Notes: generated by a model from the letters alone, not told the origin. 64,000 bases of DNA from Lama glama (GCA_028534125.1 CM052816.1:70744001-70808000), one strand, 5' to 3'. Shown: positions 12,114 to 25,140, counted from the first letter of the stretch. Numbers and translations: made by a program.

Positions 12114-13204
12114 CCCTTAGTTAATATATAGATATACATACATATGTGTGTGTGTCTCTGTGTCCCATTTTTGGTTTAAACTTTTACACATTTTTGTAGT
12201 TTACTAGTCTTTTCAAAGACCAGCTTTTGTTTCATAATCATTATTTTTCTTTTTGTTTGGCTGTTTTTTTGGATTATTAATTTCTACTCTCATCTTATTA
12301 TCTTCCTCCTCGTTTGATTTACTCTGTTTTCTTTTTCTATATTTATTTAAAATTGTACTTTTTCAAAAAGGCATTCAAAGAAATAACATTCTAGTTATTA
12401 ATTAGTTCCATCACACAAGTTTTAAAACATTATTTCTATTGTCACTCAGTTTAAATATTCCATAATTTTTATTGTGGTTTTCTTGCCAATCTATTTTTTA
12501 AGAATATGGAGTGCATATTGGGCAGAGAACATTAGCAATATTATACTGATTCTTCAGAACTTGTGGAATAGAGCATCTCAACCATGAATAGAGTACAGAT
12601 ATGTCAATGTGTTGATTTCTTCAGCTCTTGGCACAGAAGGATGGGGCTTGGAGTGGACAGAGCTAGTCACTGCAGCCATGAGCCTCAAGGTAGTAAAAAT
12701 GGGGAGCACAGACTTTATGGTCTAGTAAATGGGTAATTTCTATAAATGTTCCATGTTCACTTGGTAACTATGTGTATTTTCTATAAAAATCAAGTTTGTT
12801 TTTCAGCTTCTGTCTTTACTATTTTTTCTGACTTACCCATTAGTTTCTCAGGGAATTATATTAAAATATCCCACCATTATTATGAACCTCTCCATTTTGC
12901 TTGTATTTATGTCTTTCCTTTCTTTTTTTTTTTGCTTTATATATTTTAGGATGATGTTTTAGAAGGCTTACAAGTTAATGATTATTTAATCTCCTTGGTG
13001 GCTTGCTCCCTATAGTTTTATGAGATGCCCCTTTGTCATTATTAATGACTCATCTTAAGTTCCATTTTATTTGTTATTGATATTTTTATACAAGTATTCT
13101 TTTGGTAAATATTTATTTGTCTATATTTTCACCCATTTATTTTCAGCTTACTTGTATAATGTTGCTTTTAGTGTGTCATTTATTATCTAAACTAGAACTT
13201 TTGA

Positions 13205-13294
13205 GAGTATAAGGGATGCTATTCATGATTATGCTAGGACAACAGATGAAATCCACGATGGTCCTAAGCAAAACTGGGACATGTGAACTTACCT
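13205..13294. mobile_element. MER94-like hAT-Blackjack MITE fragment
   Basis: gattatgctaggacaacag...gtcctaagcaaaactgggacatgtg; a related copy lies at 39184-39308. Confidence 0.55.
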
Positions 13295-14599
13295 ATAAAC
13301 AGAATATAAATGGATTTTATTCATAATCAAATCTGATATTCTGTCTTTTAGGGTAGATTTAATGCATTCATATTCTTTGTAATTACTGCCATATTTGACT
13401 ATTTATTACAAGTTAGTTTGCATTTTCAATATAATTTATCTAATCATATAATTTTATAATTACTCTTTTCCTCCTCCTTTTCCCCCCCAAATTTACTCCT
13501 TGCTTGCCTTTTTATTTTGACAGAATTGCTCTCTTTTCTCTTGTCTTCTGGTTCAGAGAGTATTCATTTCACTTGATGTTTAAACTAATGGTTTATCTTA
13601 AATTTTAACTTGTATATTTAACTGAAAGATGTTTAGTTTAGTATCTTTATACCCTCCTCCTATAGAATACCTATAAAGTACAAGGATCTTAGAAAAAGTG
13701 AACTCTGATTTATCCCATGTTGTTGTCTGGTATTTTGAGTCCAACTTGTTTTAACATTGCTTCTCCATTTCACCATTAACATATTTTACAGCCAATACTT
13801 ACTTGTATTTACCAACAAGCTTAAAAATGTCTTTATTTCTTGCATTCTTTTCTTCTGGTTACAATTTTTTTCTTGTAGAATCACCTCTTTTAGTATGTGT
13901 TTTAACAATGACCTACCAAATCATGAACTCTTCACCTATGTATACTTGAAAATGTCTAGATTTTATTTCATAAAGTAAGCACTATAATTTTTAATCTTCA
14001 TTTCATAAATGAGAAAACTGAGCACAGATTCAATAAACACATTTCTCAGGCTGGAAAATTCTTAAAAGTTACCAACAATGAATGCCAGAGGTAATGGAAC
14101 AATACATTTTGAAGAGAAAATAACTACTCTGAAATTCTATCCTTAACGGACATCTGCTGATGCAAAATATATTGTCCAATTATTTTGTTTTCTTTGACAA
14201 TGAATCTCTTCTTTTTGTTAAGTTTAAATATTTTTATTTGCTATGCTGCAGATGTATTTTGATAGGTCTGGGTATGTATTTGCTTTCCTTATCCTGCCAG
14301 TGACTTGCTGGGCTCCTTCAAGTTGAGATTCACGTTCTTCTTTATCTGTCTGAAAAATGAAAGCCTTTCTCTAATTCTGTTTTCTCCTTCAGTAACTGTT
14401 CCTGCTGGGCCACTGGGCCTTCCCATTCCATCTTTCATGTGTCTATGTTTATCTTTGTCAGTTTGAATTGAATTTTGGGAGATGTCCTTGGACCAGTCTT
14501 TCAGTTTATTCATTTATGTTTTCCTTATGTCTATTCTTGTCTTCAACTCACTCACTGATTTTTTTCCTTTTAATTTTATAAATGTGTGCAGACAAAGGT

Positions 14600-15477
14600 T
14601 AACTCTTCAGGTATGAGTTGTTCAAGCCCTCCACAATCCCAAGAAAGACCTGTTTTCAGAACTGGCTCTTGGACAGCTCCTGGAAGTTGAGCTCTTTGAG
14701 TTCTGGAGTATTCTTTGTTTAATTATTTTGTGTAATTTTTTAATTCTTTTTTTAAATTGAAATATAGTCAGTTTACAGTGTTGTGGTAAATTTCTGGTGT
14801 ATAACATAGTGATTCAGTTATATATATATTTCTTTTTATACTCTTTTTCATTATAGACTATTACAAGGTATTGAATATTGTTCCCTGTGCTATACGGTAG
14901 GACCTTGCTGTTTATCTATTTTATATATAGTGGTTAGTATCTGCAAATCCTGAACTCCCAGTTTATAGCTCCACCCACCCTCCCTTCCCTTTCCGGTATT
15001 CCTTCTGATAAGAGCAGAGGTTTTGGGCCACACAGTACCAATTTAATCAGATAGTTTATGCTAATGAATGTGATTTATAAGAAACCTCTGTCTTTGCTTT
15101 GTGGGGCTGGAGTCTAAGAAGCTAAGGAAAGTCCTGCAGGTGCTGCGTGCCTGTGTGACTGACCCTTAGTAAAAACCCTGAACCAAAGCTCAGGTGAGCT
15201 TCCCTGGGTGCCAGTGCTTCACCTGTGTCATCCCACATCATTGTTGGTATAATTAAGAGCATCTGTGTGACTCTGCTGGGAGAGGACACGTGGAGGCTTG
15301 AGTTTGGTTTTTCCTGACTTCACCCCTGCCTCATCCTGTGCCTTTTCTCTTGCTGATTTTAATCTGATTCTTTTGCTATAACAAACTGTAACTATGATTT
15401 TAACAGCTTTTCTGAGTCCTGTGAGTCCTTCAAGTGAAACATCAAGCTTCGGAGTGGTCTTGGGAAGCCCTGACACA
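14600..15477 (+). mobile_element. MER21-like LTR, interrupted by an L1 insertion
   Basis: gtgactgacccttagtaaaaaccctg...ggtgagcttccctgg...gactctgctgggagaggacacgtggaggctt...tctgagtcctgtgagtcctt...gtggtcttgggaagccctgacaca; the 5' part lies at ~14600-14716. Confidence 0.65.
14717..14995 (-). mobile_element. 5'-truncated young L1 3' end
   Basis: Reverse complement of the L1 3' UTR (ttccctgtgctatac, gaactcccagtttat). Probable TSD gtattc(t/c)tt at 14708-14716 and 14996-15004. Confidence 0.85.
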
Positions 15478-15486
15478 CAAAATATA

Positions 15487-15701
15487 CAGTTGACACTTGA
15501 ACAACACAGGGGTTAGTAAGGCTGACCCTCTGAGCAGTCGAAAATCTGCATATAATTTATAATCAACCCTCTATCCTCACTTCCTCTGTATCCAGGGTTC
15601 TGTATCTTCAGTGCGTTCAGCCAACTGCAGATACCATCGAAAAACATCCGCATGTAAGTGGACCTGCACAGCTCAGATCCGTCTTGTTCAAGGGTCAACT
15701 G
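15487..15701. mobile_element. TcMar-Tigger MITE (Tigger2/MER8-like), 215 bp
   Basis: 18-bp TIRs cagttgacacttgaacaa and ttgttcaagggtcaactg (one mismatch), with TA on both flanks. Confidence 0.9.
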
Positions 15702-18112
15702 TATTTCTCTTTCCAAATATTCTATTTTGGCCATTTTTAAATTCGTCTTTTTTCACCTTCTTCTGTTGGTACGAGAAACCTTATTGTTCCTATTTGTTTC
15801 CTTATTTCGTAGAACATTTTAAACTTATTTATTTGAAGCTTCCTTCTTATTTTAAAAAATTACTTTTTGTCCTTTGGGTGCAGAATTTCCCTCTTGTTGA
15901 GCCTACTGATGCTTCCCCATATCTGCCTAGAATACAGGCATTTAACAGTTGGTTACATCTTCAACTCCAATCGATTTCATGGATACTGATACCCAGGTCT
16001 GAGGAAACATTTGTAAGGGGTAGATTTAAACTTACCTACATTGGATCCCTGTGAGTTTTTCTGATTTTGGACCAATTTTTACAATAAATTTTCTGCTTGG
16101 TGTGAATTAGATTTTAAACTCACATAGAGAATGAGGCTGGAGTTCTGACATCTTTTTATCAAAGTCTTTTTCCCTCTTTACTGCTCTGGGTTTCAGCAAG
16201 CATTCTTATTACTTTTCCAGGCTAGTGGTTAGCGTTTAAAGTTTTTTCTAATCTTTGTTTTATGGGTTTAATGAAAGTCGGGAAAGAATGTATAAAGTTT
16301 TTTCACTTCCTTTTATATTTAATCATACTGTTTTAGTGCTTAATGTACTGAAATAACTCTACCTTAAGCCATTTTATCCTCTGTTCAGTTGTCTTGAATC
16401 ATAAGGACACTTGTCCAATATATTTTTAAAATAAATGTTTACGATTCACTTTGAATTTTCCTATGTTATCTGAATGGCATCTTATTTTAGTGCCAACTTT
16501 CATCCCTTTTTCTTTTCTGTTAAAAGCTGTTATACGTACATAGGTATAATCCCTTTGTGTGTGAAATCAGAGTTATCAAGAAGGTACCAATATATGTGTT
16601 TTGTTTTGTTTTTCTTGGTGAGACCACTCTTGGAATGTCATTTTGTCTATCTTAGTTTCTTCTCGATCCAGGGCCAAATCTTATTATTATAAGAATTCTT
16701 TATTCATATCTCAGTTAGAAATATAAAGACAGTACTATTTACTGGCTTCCAAAGAATTTGTATGCCTAATCCCTCAAGAATGTGAATAGTTAATTATAAA
16801 TATGGTTGGAGATCAGAAGTATGGATGTAATAGAGCTGTTATTAAAAACGAAGGAATATTGGTTAAAGAAAAGAATGATTATAAATCAATAAGAAATGTT
16901 AAAAAAAGAGAAAAGAATGAAGAAATTACTAAAATGTTAATAAATTCTTTAGGTCAGTTACCATGGAGGATGGGGGGTGGTGTGGGCAGAAAGCCAGTAG
17001 ATATTCTGGGAAAAACTATCAGAAGCCTTATATAGCAACTAAGCAAGATTCAAAAGGAATTCATAATGTCTGAGCATTGCAACAGCTCTAAGGCATGGCA
17101 TGGTTTCAGAGTTTTACTTGGAGTGATTAACATTATAAACAAACCTTTAGAGATAAATCTGTAATTACATGAAGAAATAATATGGATCAAAATGGCAAAT
17201 GTTTATTTTTGCTAAGATTTCAAGAGGCATCACTACTATTTAGACTCAAACTTCGTGTGGGGAACAGGTATATTTTAGAGTGTTTTTCTATAAACACACC
17301 ACTTTTTCCACTATTCCAGTTTTTGTACTCTTTTTATGGGTAATGTCAGTTGTCTCTTTACTTCTCAAGCATATGAAAATAAAGGAAAGAGATGTTAATA
17401 AGACTTGTCAGTAATTTTAGGACATTTACCTGATGTGTTTATTTTTCTACCTGAGAGTAGATGCCGTTCCAAGTTTGTGGGTGTGCGTGTTTATGTATGT
17501 GTGTGAACGAAAACTTTTAAAAAAACTGTAACTCATATCTTGCATAGTTTATAAAATACTGTGCTGAACTATTTAAATATGCCCAATGATTTTGCTAACC
17601 AGGTCTTTAATAATGAATGTGGCATGAAATTAGTAGGGACTAATGAGACAAGGAAGATGATAACCTTGGCAAACAGAAATAAATTTTACATATATATTAC
17701 AGAAAAAGAATGGCATAGCCTTCTTTCATAGTCCAAAATCTCTCCCTGGATATTTTCCCATGGTGCCCAACATCTGGAATTTTTCCTCTCTGTCCTGCCT
17801 TTTTCACATAAGCAGATTTCCAGTGCTCACGCTGACGTATTCTGCCATTTACCTGATTCCTTCAGGTGTCCCTGACTAGCTCCTTATTTATCTACGCAGC
17901 TCTAGGCAGATTTCATCCTGTTCTTCCTGTTTGTATCTCCCTCAGTGTATGTTGTAAAAGACTGTCTTTTATGTTCACTCATATATCCAGATTCTGGAGT
18001 AGCCTCCCTGATTTCAGTCATTTCCCTGCCACTTAAGGCCACCTCACCTCCTCTCTGGCAGAATTCCTTGAAATAAAATAGAATTAAAAATAGTAAGAGA
18101 CATCTAAGTGGA

Positions 18113-18385
18113 TCACACAATTCTACATATGTGATAAAACTGCATAGAACTAAATACACATGTATATGCAAATCAGCCCATATTTTATAAATGCACACTT
18201 TATAAGTGCATATATTTCTAGGGTTGACAGACTGTATCAGTATAACCTTCCTGGCTGTGACATTGTATTATAGCCATGCAAGATGTTACCATTGGAGAAT
18301 AGTAGGTCCACAGAGTCTCTGTGCATTTTTTTCTCACAACTGCATATAAGTCTACAATTATTTCAAAATAAGAAGTTTTTTAAGA
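18113..18385 (+). mobile_element. L1MC-type 3' end with residual TSD
   Basis: gtgataaaactgcatagaactaaatacac...gcaagatgttaccattgg...caactgcatataagtctacaattatttcaaaata. TSD agacat(c/g)taagt(g/a)ga at 18098-18112 and 18386-18400. Confidence 0.8.
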
Positions 18386-18574
18386 AGACATGTAAGTAGA
18401 AATAATTGAATACTTTGAGTTTCACTTTGCATCTTCTACTGAGTTTGCAATCTTGGACAAGACCACAAATAATCATCTAGCACCTTCACTGCCCCACAGT
18501 TTTGGGTACAGCAGATTAATGTTATATGCGTTAGGATCCTTTGACTAATTCCATCTATAAATCCCAGATTATTT

Positions 18575-18690
18575 TTCAGTCATTTAGTCACTCTGTCAGT
18601 CAATAAATCTTAATCGAACACCTATTATAAACCAGGCACCCTTGTAGGCTCTGGAGTTATAAGCAATGAAATTTTCCCTGGCTTTAATGA
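18575..18690 (-). mobile_element. L2 3' end fragment
   Basis: tcatttagtca...caataaatcttaatcgaacacctattataaaccaggcacc...ctggagttataagcaatgaa. Confidence 0.6.
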
Positions 18691-21600
18691 AGTTTATTTT
18701 CCTGAATGAAAAGTGTTTGTGGTTTACTAAGAGCTGCTGAGTTTGTAATTTTTGTTTGCTCATATTTGCAGGCTGCTTCATTGGTATCTTCTTGTTTTAT
18801 GCCATGATGCACTTAAGTGGACTTCAGTTCTTTCGAACAAAATCATTGTTTTCAGGTAAAGAAATCTCAAGATTAAAAATAAGCATCAAAACCCACAGAG
18901 ATCTCAAGAGGTGAAGGAGCATGGTGAGCTATCTTGGGATGGAGCCAGAGTATTGATGAACCAAGAAAAAGGTTCTATTTGAAAAGGGCTGCGATAAACC
19001 AAGTGACTGACCTCATCAAATGGACTGGAGATCTTCAATGGCTAAGCCACAGTTGACAAAAGATGGAATTCACTAAATTCTTAAGAGACTGCAGACTCTA
19101 TGTCTAACCTGTTTCATCCCTGGATATATCCAACTATGTGTTAAACTTAAAATGGATCATGGGAGATAGGTATCATTCTTTTTTTATTTCAGTAGTGTGC
19201 TTGGGGGAATAAAAAGGAAGAAAAATGTCAAAATAGTTTTTCTCTAATTGAGCGAGTTTACTTGTATTTCCATGTTTATAGGCATGTATCACTGAATGAG
19301 AAACTAAAACTTCAAAAGCTATAGCACGATTCCGGCTGTGACAATGACTCTTTGCTCTTTGATATTCAGATTTTCTCAATTCAGCACTGGAAATGAGTGG
19401 GGATTTTTTTTTTCTGCAGTTTTGTCAGCCTAAGTTTTGTAGAGCATTTTTCCTGTGATAAGAAAAACTGATGTGTAGTAACACAATGATAACATTACCA
19501 ACTTTGCAAACATTGGCCCATCCAAAATGTGGGATTTTGCATATGCTAGAAAGATAAGAAATAGCATTCGATGGAATCTCTATGAGCCTCATTCATTAGA
19601 CTTTTCTTCCTTAATTACTATTAAGGAATGTAAGTATGAAATTTGAGGTATCTTCTCAACTTTCATATTCTCCGTCTCTCCCTTTCTGATGCAGAAACTG
19701 TAGACTAGTTCTTCATGCTGAATATGCCTCATGGCAAGAGAATCTGACCTGACCTGCTCTAAGTGGCACAGCCACGACTTGCGCGTCAAGACTCTTATCC
19801 CTCCACTCCGTCGTTTTATTCCAATTTACAAACCTCCTAAGGGGCCTGCTTCCTTTGTTTTCTATACTGGGTTGCATGTTCAGTTTGGATTTTTTTTTTT
19901 TTACCAAATTCATCAAAAATTTTTTCCCTTTGTCTTAGAAGGACATTGTCCTTATAGAACCAGAATACTGCATAATCATTTAATCTGGTGGAGAAAAGCA
20001 TGTAATTTCAGTGATGGCACTAGAAATTCAGTTTTCAGTCTCACTGGTTTCCTCAACACCAAATTCTTTCATTTTGCTTGTCTCCTATTCAAAACTTTGG
20101 AATTCTCTTTCAACCTTCCTAATGTGATTTGACCAATATTGCAGCTCTCAGGACTATGTTTTTTTTTTTTTTTGACATATGGATGTGGCACATCCCCACA
20201 TTTTGTGAAAATGCATCTTGGAAGCTGCTTTGGAAAACAAATATGGTAAGAAATAGCTTTGTTTTGTTTTCAAAAAAGCTGGTCTGTAACCTGTGGTTCT
20301 CCTCTTCTGTCCCCAAACTCCTGTCTGCATTATGACTGTGCTTTGAAGGACCAGCTGCTGAAAGTGATAAATCAGCAGCTGAAAATGATGAATGAGAGAC
20401 TCATTGTGGCTCAAAGTGAAATATAGGTGCTTTTCAACAATGTTAGATTGGTTACTGGACACGGCAAAGGGTGGGGACTGCTGGTCAAATGTATGAATAT
20501 ACATATTATAGTAGCAATTACACTTACTGATTTGAATTCAGTTTGAAGGCCTCTTATTACTATAACATTGAGCTATTTTATTTGGAGGAGTACTACTAGC
20601 AGTAAATCAGAACCCTCATTTGTGGAGTGGCAATTATGTGCCAAGCCCAGTGCTAGGCTGGGGAGCGTTAGCTATGAAATGCTTAGTTGTGATCTCCAAG
20701 CACCACTTATGGCAAATTGTGATCTGCTTTCTAAAGTGCTGCTCAATCTTTAGATACAACAGGCATTCTCAATTTTAAAGCCTATTTGTAATGTTTCTCG
20801 TGTGGTTCATGCAAACTCAAATGGAATGTTTTCAGCTTGTTTCTTTCCAAGTGCTACTTACACACCTGTCATTCAGGGCCCTCTCTGCTCTGATTTTGAT
20901 TTATCCAGTTTGCCAACGTTCCCTGGTTACTAGTCCATGTAATGGTCTGTTCATTTGTACATAAACATTTATACAAGATGGAAAAGTTGGAGTGATTTAA
21001 ATTTAGTCCGTTATTTTTTTTCCAATGCAAATTGTGTGTCACTACACAACTTCAATGAAAGGTTATTCATTGGTTTACTCTCTGCTTTTTTATAGCTTCC
21101 AGGCATGTTTAATATCTGTGATTAACTGAATTTTCAGGTTAACATCTGCGTTTAATCACAAGTTATTGCCCATTTCCTAGACTGGTCAGCGTAACATTTA
21201 AATCACTCCTTCCTTCGTTCTCCACCCGTGTAGTAAAAGATTCAAAATCATTTATACTTTCTCTCTCTCACAGCCATAGAGCTGCACTTAAATAATATTT
21301 AAGAAAGTTGTATTTCTTTTGAAGTGGTCACAGGAAGCATATGCTTAGTGTATATAAACAGAGAGAGAGTTGGGGCACTGATTTGGAAGGCTTGGTTGAT
21401 TTACAGACCTCTTGTATCTACATAGAAACATTTGCCTCAGAGAGAAATGAAAGGCTCTTTTGGGCTCCAGTAGCCACAGAGCTCCGGTGTCACGGCACTA
21501 AGATTCACAGAGCAAGCCTTCTCTCAGGTCCACGTTGCCCTGTTTTTCTGGTGTGGCTCGACAAACTTCTGAGAGGTCTCTGTTTTAGCTTAAACACCCC

Positions 21601-23339
21601 TTGTCTCACTTCCCCAATTATTTAATTTTTCAAAGTCATTTGATTGCAGAGAATAAAACCTTAAGCATTAGCGATCCTTCAGGTAAAGGGGAAAAGGCTT
21701 AATTCCAGATTTTTTTTTCGCTCCCAAACAGGATCATTCAAACTGAATCTTCCATTCTTCTCTGAGTTCTCCTAAACCTGTCATACGTGATTCAATTTAA
21801 GGAAGAAAAACATATGAGAACAGAACAACTAAACATGTGGTAATGTCTGGCTACTATATTTTTGGCAAAACTTGACCTAATCCAGGAATTTCCCTCTCTT
21901 CCAAAACTGAGTATTTCTGTTGAGGAGAGTGAGAAAGGGCAGGACATAAGCAGCCATTGCTAGGGTTTTAATTGAGAACAAGGGCGTGAGCCGTGTTCTC
22001 CCATTTTTTTTTCTTCAATTGTGGATGATGCTGGACTATGATTAAAACTTATTAAGGGAATCTGAAAAATTCATTCATTTTATCTGATTAAATACATCTC
22101 TAAGTTATTCTGACACATTGATGATGTGCATGACCACTGTTGTTTTAAGAAGTTTTTAGGCACAGTGTGTGTAAAGAGAACGTAATGACTGAAATTAATG
22201 TCCCTTACACATAGTCAAATAGAAACCTCATTATCATTCTCAACTCACTTAAAAACAGCAGAAATCACTGTGTATCTACTATGTACAAGATTTTAATTGC
22301 CTTAAAGTCAGGAGTGACATCTTGCTCATCGTTTTATCACCAATGTCAAATACATACACTGATGATAGGTAGATACTCCAAGTTCACACAAAAATAAGTA
22401 GTGTTCAGAGCCTGTTACAAAGAATCTTTAAACTGCTTCCTTTTTAGGTTCCCAGTGTGTGTCATCACGTTTAGTGATGCATTTCCTCCTATCAGTTCAA
22501 TGTCATCACCTTCAATCCTGCATGGAAATAAAACAAAACAAAAAAGGACCTGGGTTAAAGTCTCTGTGTCACCACTTTTTGTTTTTGTTAATCTCAGCCT
22601 CAATCTTTCATGACCTGCGTCCTGAACCAGTTTAAGTAACTGCTCTTTGCCTTTCAAGGTTCAAGTGGCTGTGAATGGTATGCAGAAGGAATGTCAACAT
22701 TCACCAGGGGTGGGGGCCAGTGTTGTCTCAGGGGATCTTGGAGAGCAAGTGGGGATGAACTTTGCATTGAGGTCATCTGGAAGTCTTGGAGCCCAGGAAG
22801 GGTGGGAAATGAGAGCCTGGAGAATTTATCCTGTATTTGGTGAAGGAAGGAATACAACATGGCCTGTCGGTTACATGGATGTGAACAGAAGAGCACAGTT
22901 CTCCAGGCGCAGAATCTAAGCCCTTCTAGTCTATGTCCCAGAAGCAGGAGACATTGTCGGGAAGAAAAGCCCAGATCAGTTCTTTCTGGCTGTGACCATT
23001 TAATCACCTGAAACCAAGTGAAGCAGGGTCACATGCAGAGTTGACTTCTGTGTCCATGTGGAAGTGCTCTTTATTCACGCACTCTTTCCCAATGAGTTCA
23101 AATACAGCCTCAGAATGTTTTTCAACATGGGACTTGAAGCAGCAACTATCAATGAAGTCAGACTTGGATTTTAGAAATAAAATCAATCCCTGCCCTAATA
23201 TTAGTGTGATTTCAGAGACAGTGGGAGACATCTCTTGGTCCCAGTTTGATTTCCTTCTGACCTTTCTCAGTGAAAAGCTTTTCTAGCTAATCACTGCATG
23301 CATATGTGGTATTCTCTTTGACAGACGACACAACCATGC

Positions 23340-25140
23340 CTTCTACAATTAGAAAGTACACATTGACACTTATCCATCCTTCCAGCTTTGTTCTTATCTG
23401 TTCCCTCTTCACGTATTCTGTGTCATCCGTTATGCTCATGCCTCCTCAAGATACCTAATTTAAAAAGAACTCCTCCCCAGACTATTACTTGCATCATCCA
23501 CCTGCCTATTTTTCTGTCTCATGAAGGTCTGGTCCAGACCTGCTGCATCCACGCATTGACCACCTGTTTTCTTCTTAATCATCAGCACTGCAGCATCATC
23601 CCTCTGCACTCTACTGCTGGTGCTACCACTATTTCCCCTTAATTGAGGATGAACAGTGGTCCAGGAATTATGGTAAAAATGTCATATGTCACCATTTAAT
23701 AACTTAGAAAAGAACTCTACAGGGTAAGTGCTAGAAATTGGGTAGAAAGATTAATTTATGGATGGACACACAAGTAGTAAGTGGAACAAGGAGGAATTAA
23801 CTCTGACTTAATTGTAAAACCAATGTCGTTAAATGCCTTGAAAGACCACCTTTTTGTTCACTTTTCTCCCATTCTTTAAGTCCCTCAATCCAACACTTAA
23901 AGAATTTTCTGTCATGAGAGATTAATTCTACATCTGCACCATTTTTTGTGGAAGCCACTTGCCACATGTGGTGTTAAGCACTTGAAATGTGACTAATACA
24001 ACTGAGAAACTACGTTTTTAACTTTAATTAGTTAAATTTAAATAGGCACGTGAGCTGGTGGCCACCCTCTCGGATAGCACAGCTTCAATACCTCAGTGTC
24101 ATTAGATCTTGTCAATAACTTCTTCACATTTACACTTTGCTTTTCCTTGGTTTCAATGATCATGATCTCACGATTGTTTCGTTGTTTCTGCTCTCTTTTT
24201 GGGTTCTTTTCTTCCTCCAGTTTCGTATATGTAAGTTGTCCCTGCGTTTCTTTCTCAAGCCTCTTTTTTTCCTACATTTTATCTCTTGGCATTAATGCTC
24301 ATTCTTGTGTCTTTCAATATCTTCTTTAGATGAACGACCAAAATCTTAACTTTCAGTCACAATTCTCCTCAGCTTTTTTAGACAACTTTCCAGTTTTGTA
24401 CTGAACATTCCTACTTGGATGTACCACTGTCTCCAAGTATGGGACAAAAACAGAAGGAATCTTCCTTTTCAAACTTCTTCTTGATGTATACCCTGTTTCT
24501 GATAATGGTACCACCAGCCTATCAATCCTTTAGATTTAAAACTTTTAATTCCTCGTGGGTGAGGATACTTTTATTTGGCCCTGTATGAAATCATTTACTA
24601 AGTTTCATTGATCCTGTCTTACAAATATGCCAGGTTTATTCCCGCCTCTTTGCGTTCCCAACTACAGTTCCATTTCTGAAATTTAAGTCTAAAGTCTCTC
24701 AGAATGGTTTGTCTGGAATATTATAATAATTCTCTACATGGCTTCTCTGCAGCTATCCTTCATTTATTCCATTTATCCTCTATACTGCTGTTGAATAAAT
24801 CATTCTGAAATCTTGCTCTGAACATTAATTTTCATGCTTGCAAAACATTGAGGGCTTCTGATTCATTCCAGTTAAATGTCAGGCACTTCAGTTTGGGTTT
24901 TGGCTTCATGACTCTCTCAATGCTCACATCCATTTCCTCTTTTCCCACGAAAACTTTCTAGTCCTTTTGGTTAGAAAAAAAATCCCTTCTTTGTTAATTT
25001 CTCACAGCAATATGGCGTTCTGTCTTGCTATATTTTTATTTACATGCACGTCATGTGACCTCCATGAGCTCAAGTGTAGAACATTATTTTATTTGTATTT
25101 GTAACCCCACAATACCTAGAATGATGACTTACAAATCACA
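23340..25140 (+). mobile_element. Decayed L2 LINE, interrupted by a MIR (~23680-23830) and MER3
   Basis: Pyrimidine-rich L2 motifs (ttccttggtttcaatga, gaacattcctacttggatgt, aatggtaccacca, ctccatgag...tgtaaccccacaatacctagaa). Boundaries are approximate. Confidence 0.55.
23890..24082. mobile_element. MER3-like hAT-Charlie MITE
   Basis: gccacttgccacatgtgg...gcacttgaaatgtgacta...aaatttaaataggcacgtg...tggccacc...ggatagcacag. Confidence 0.75.

Larger units (their letters stand above)
11800..14560 (-). mobile_element. Ancient, fragmented L1M/HAL1-type LINE (ORF1/ORF2 remnants)
   Basis: T-rich antisense L1 motifs (tcaaagaccagcttttg, ataaatgttccatg, caaatctgat). ORF 14289-14513 (LKDWSKDISQN...EGENR) resembles a decayed ORF1p. 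Boundaries are approximate. Confidence 0.6.

Noticed and set aside
14289..14513. 74-aa ORF with protein-like composition
   Set aside because: Explained as a decayed L1/HAL1 ORF1p remnant, not a host gene.
15611..16054. 147-aa ORF
   Set aside because: Begins inside the Tigger MITE with a GTG start; its Phe/Leu bias reflects T-rich repeat DNA.
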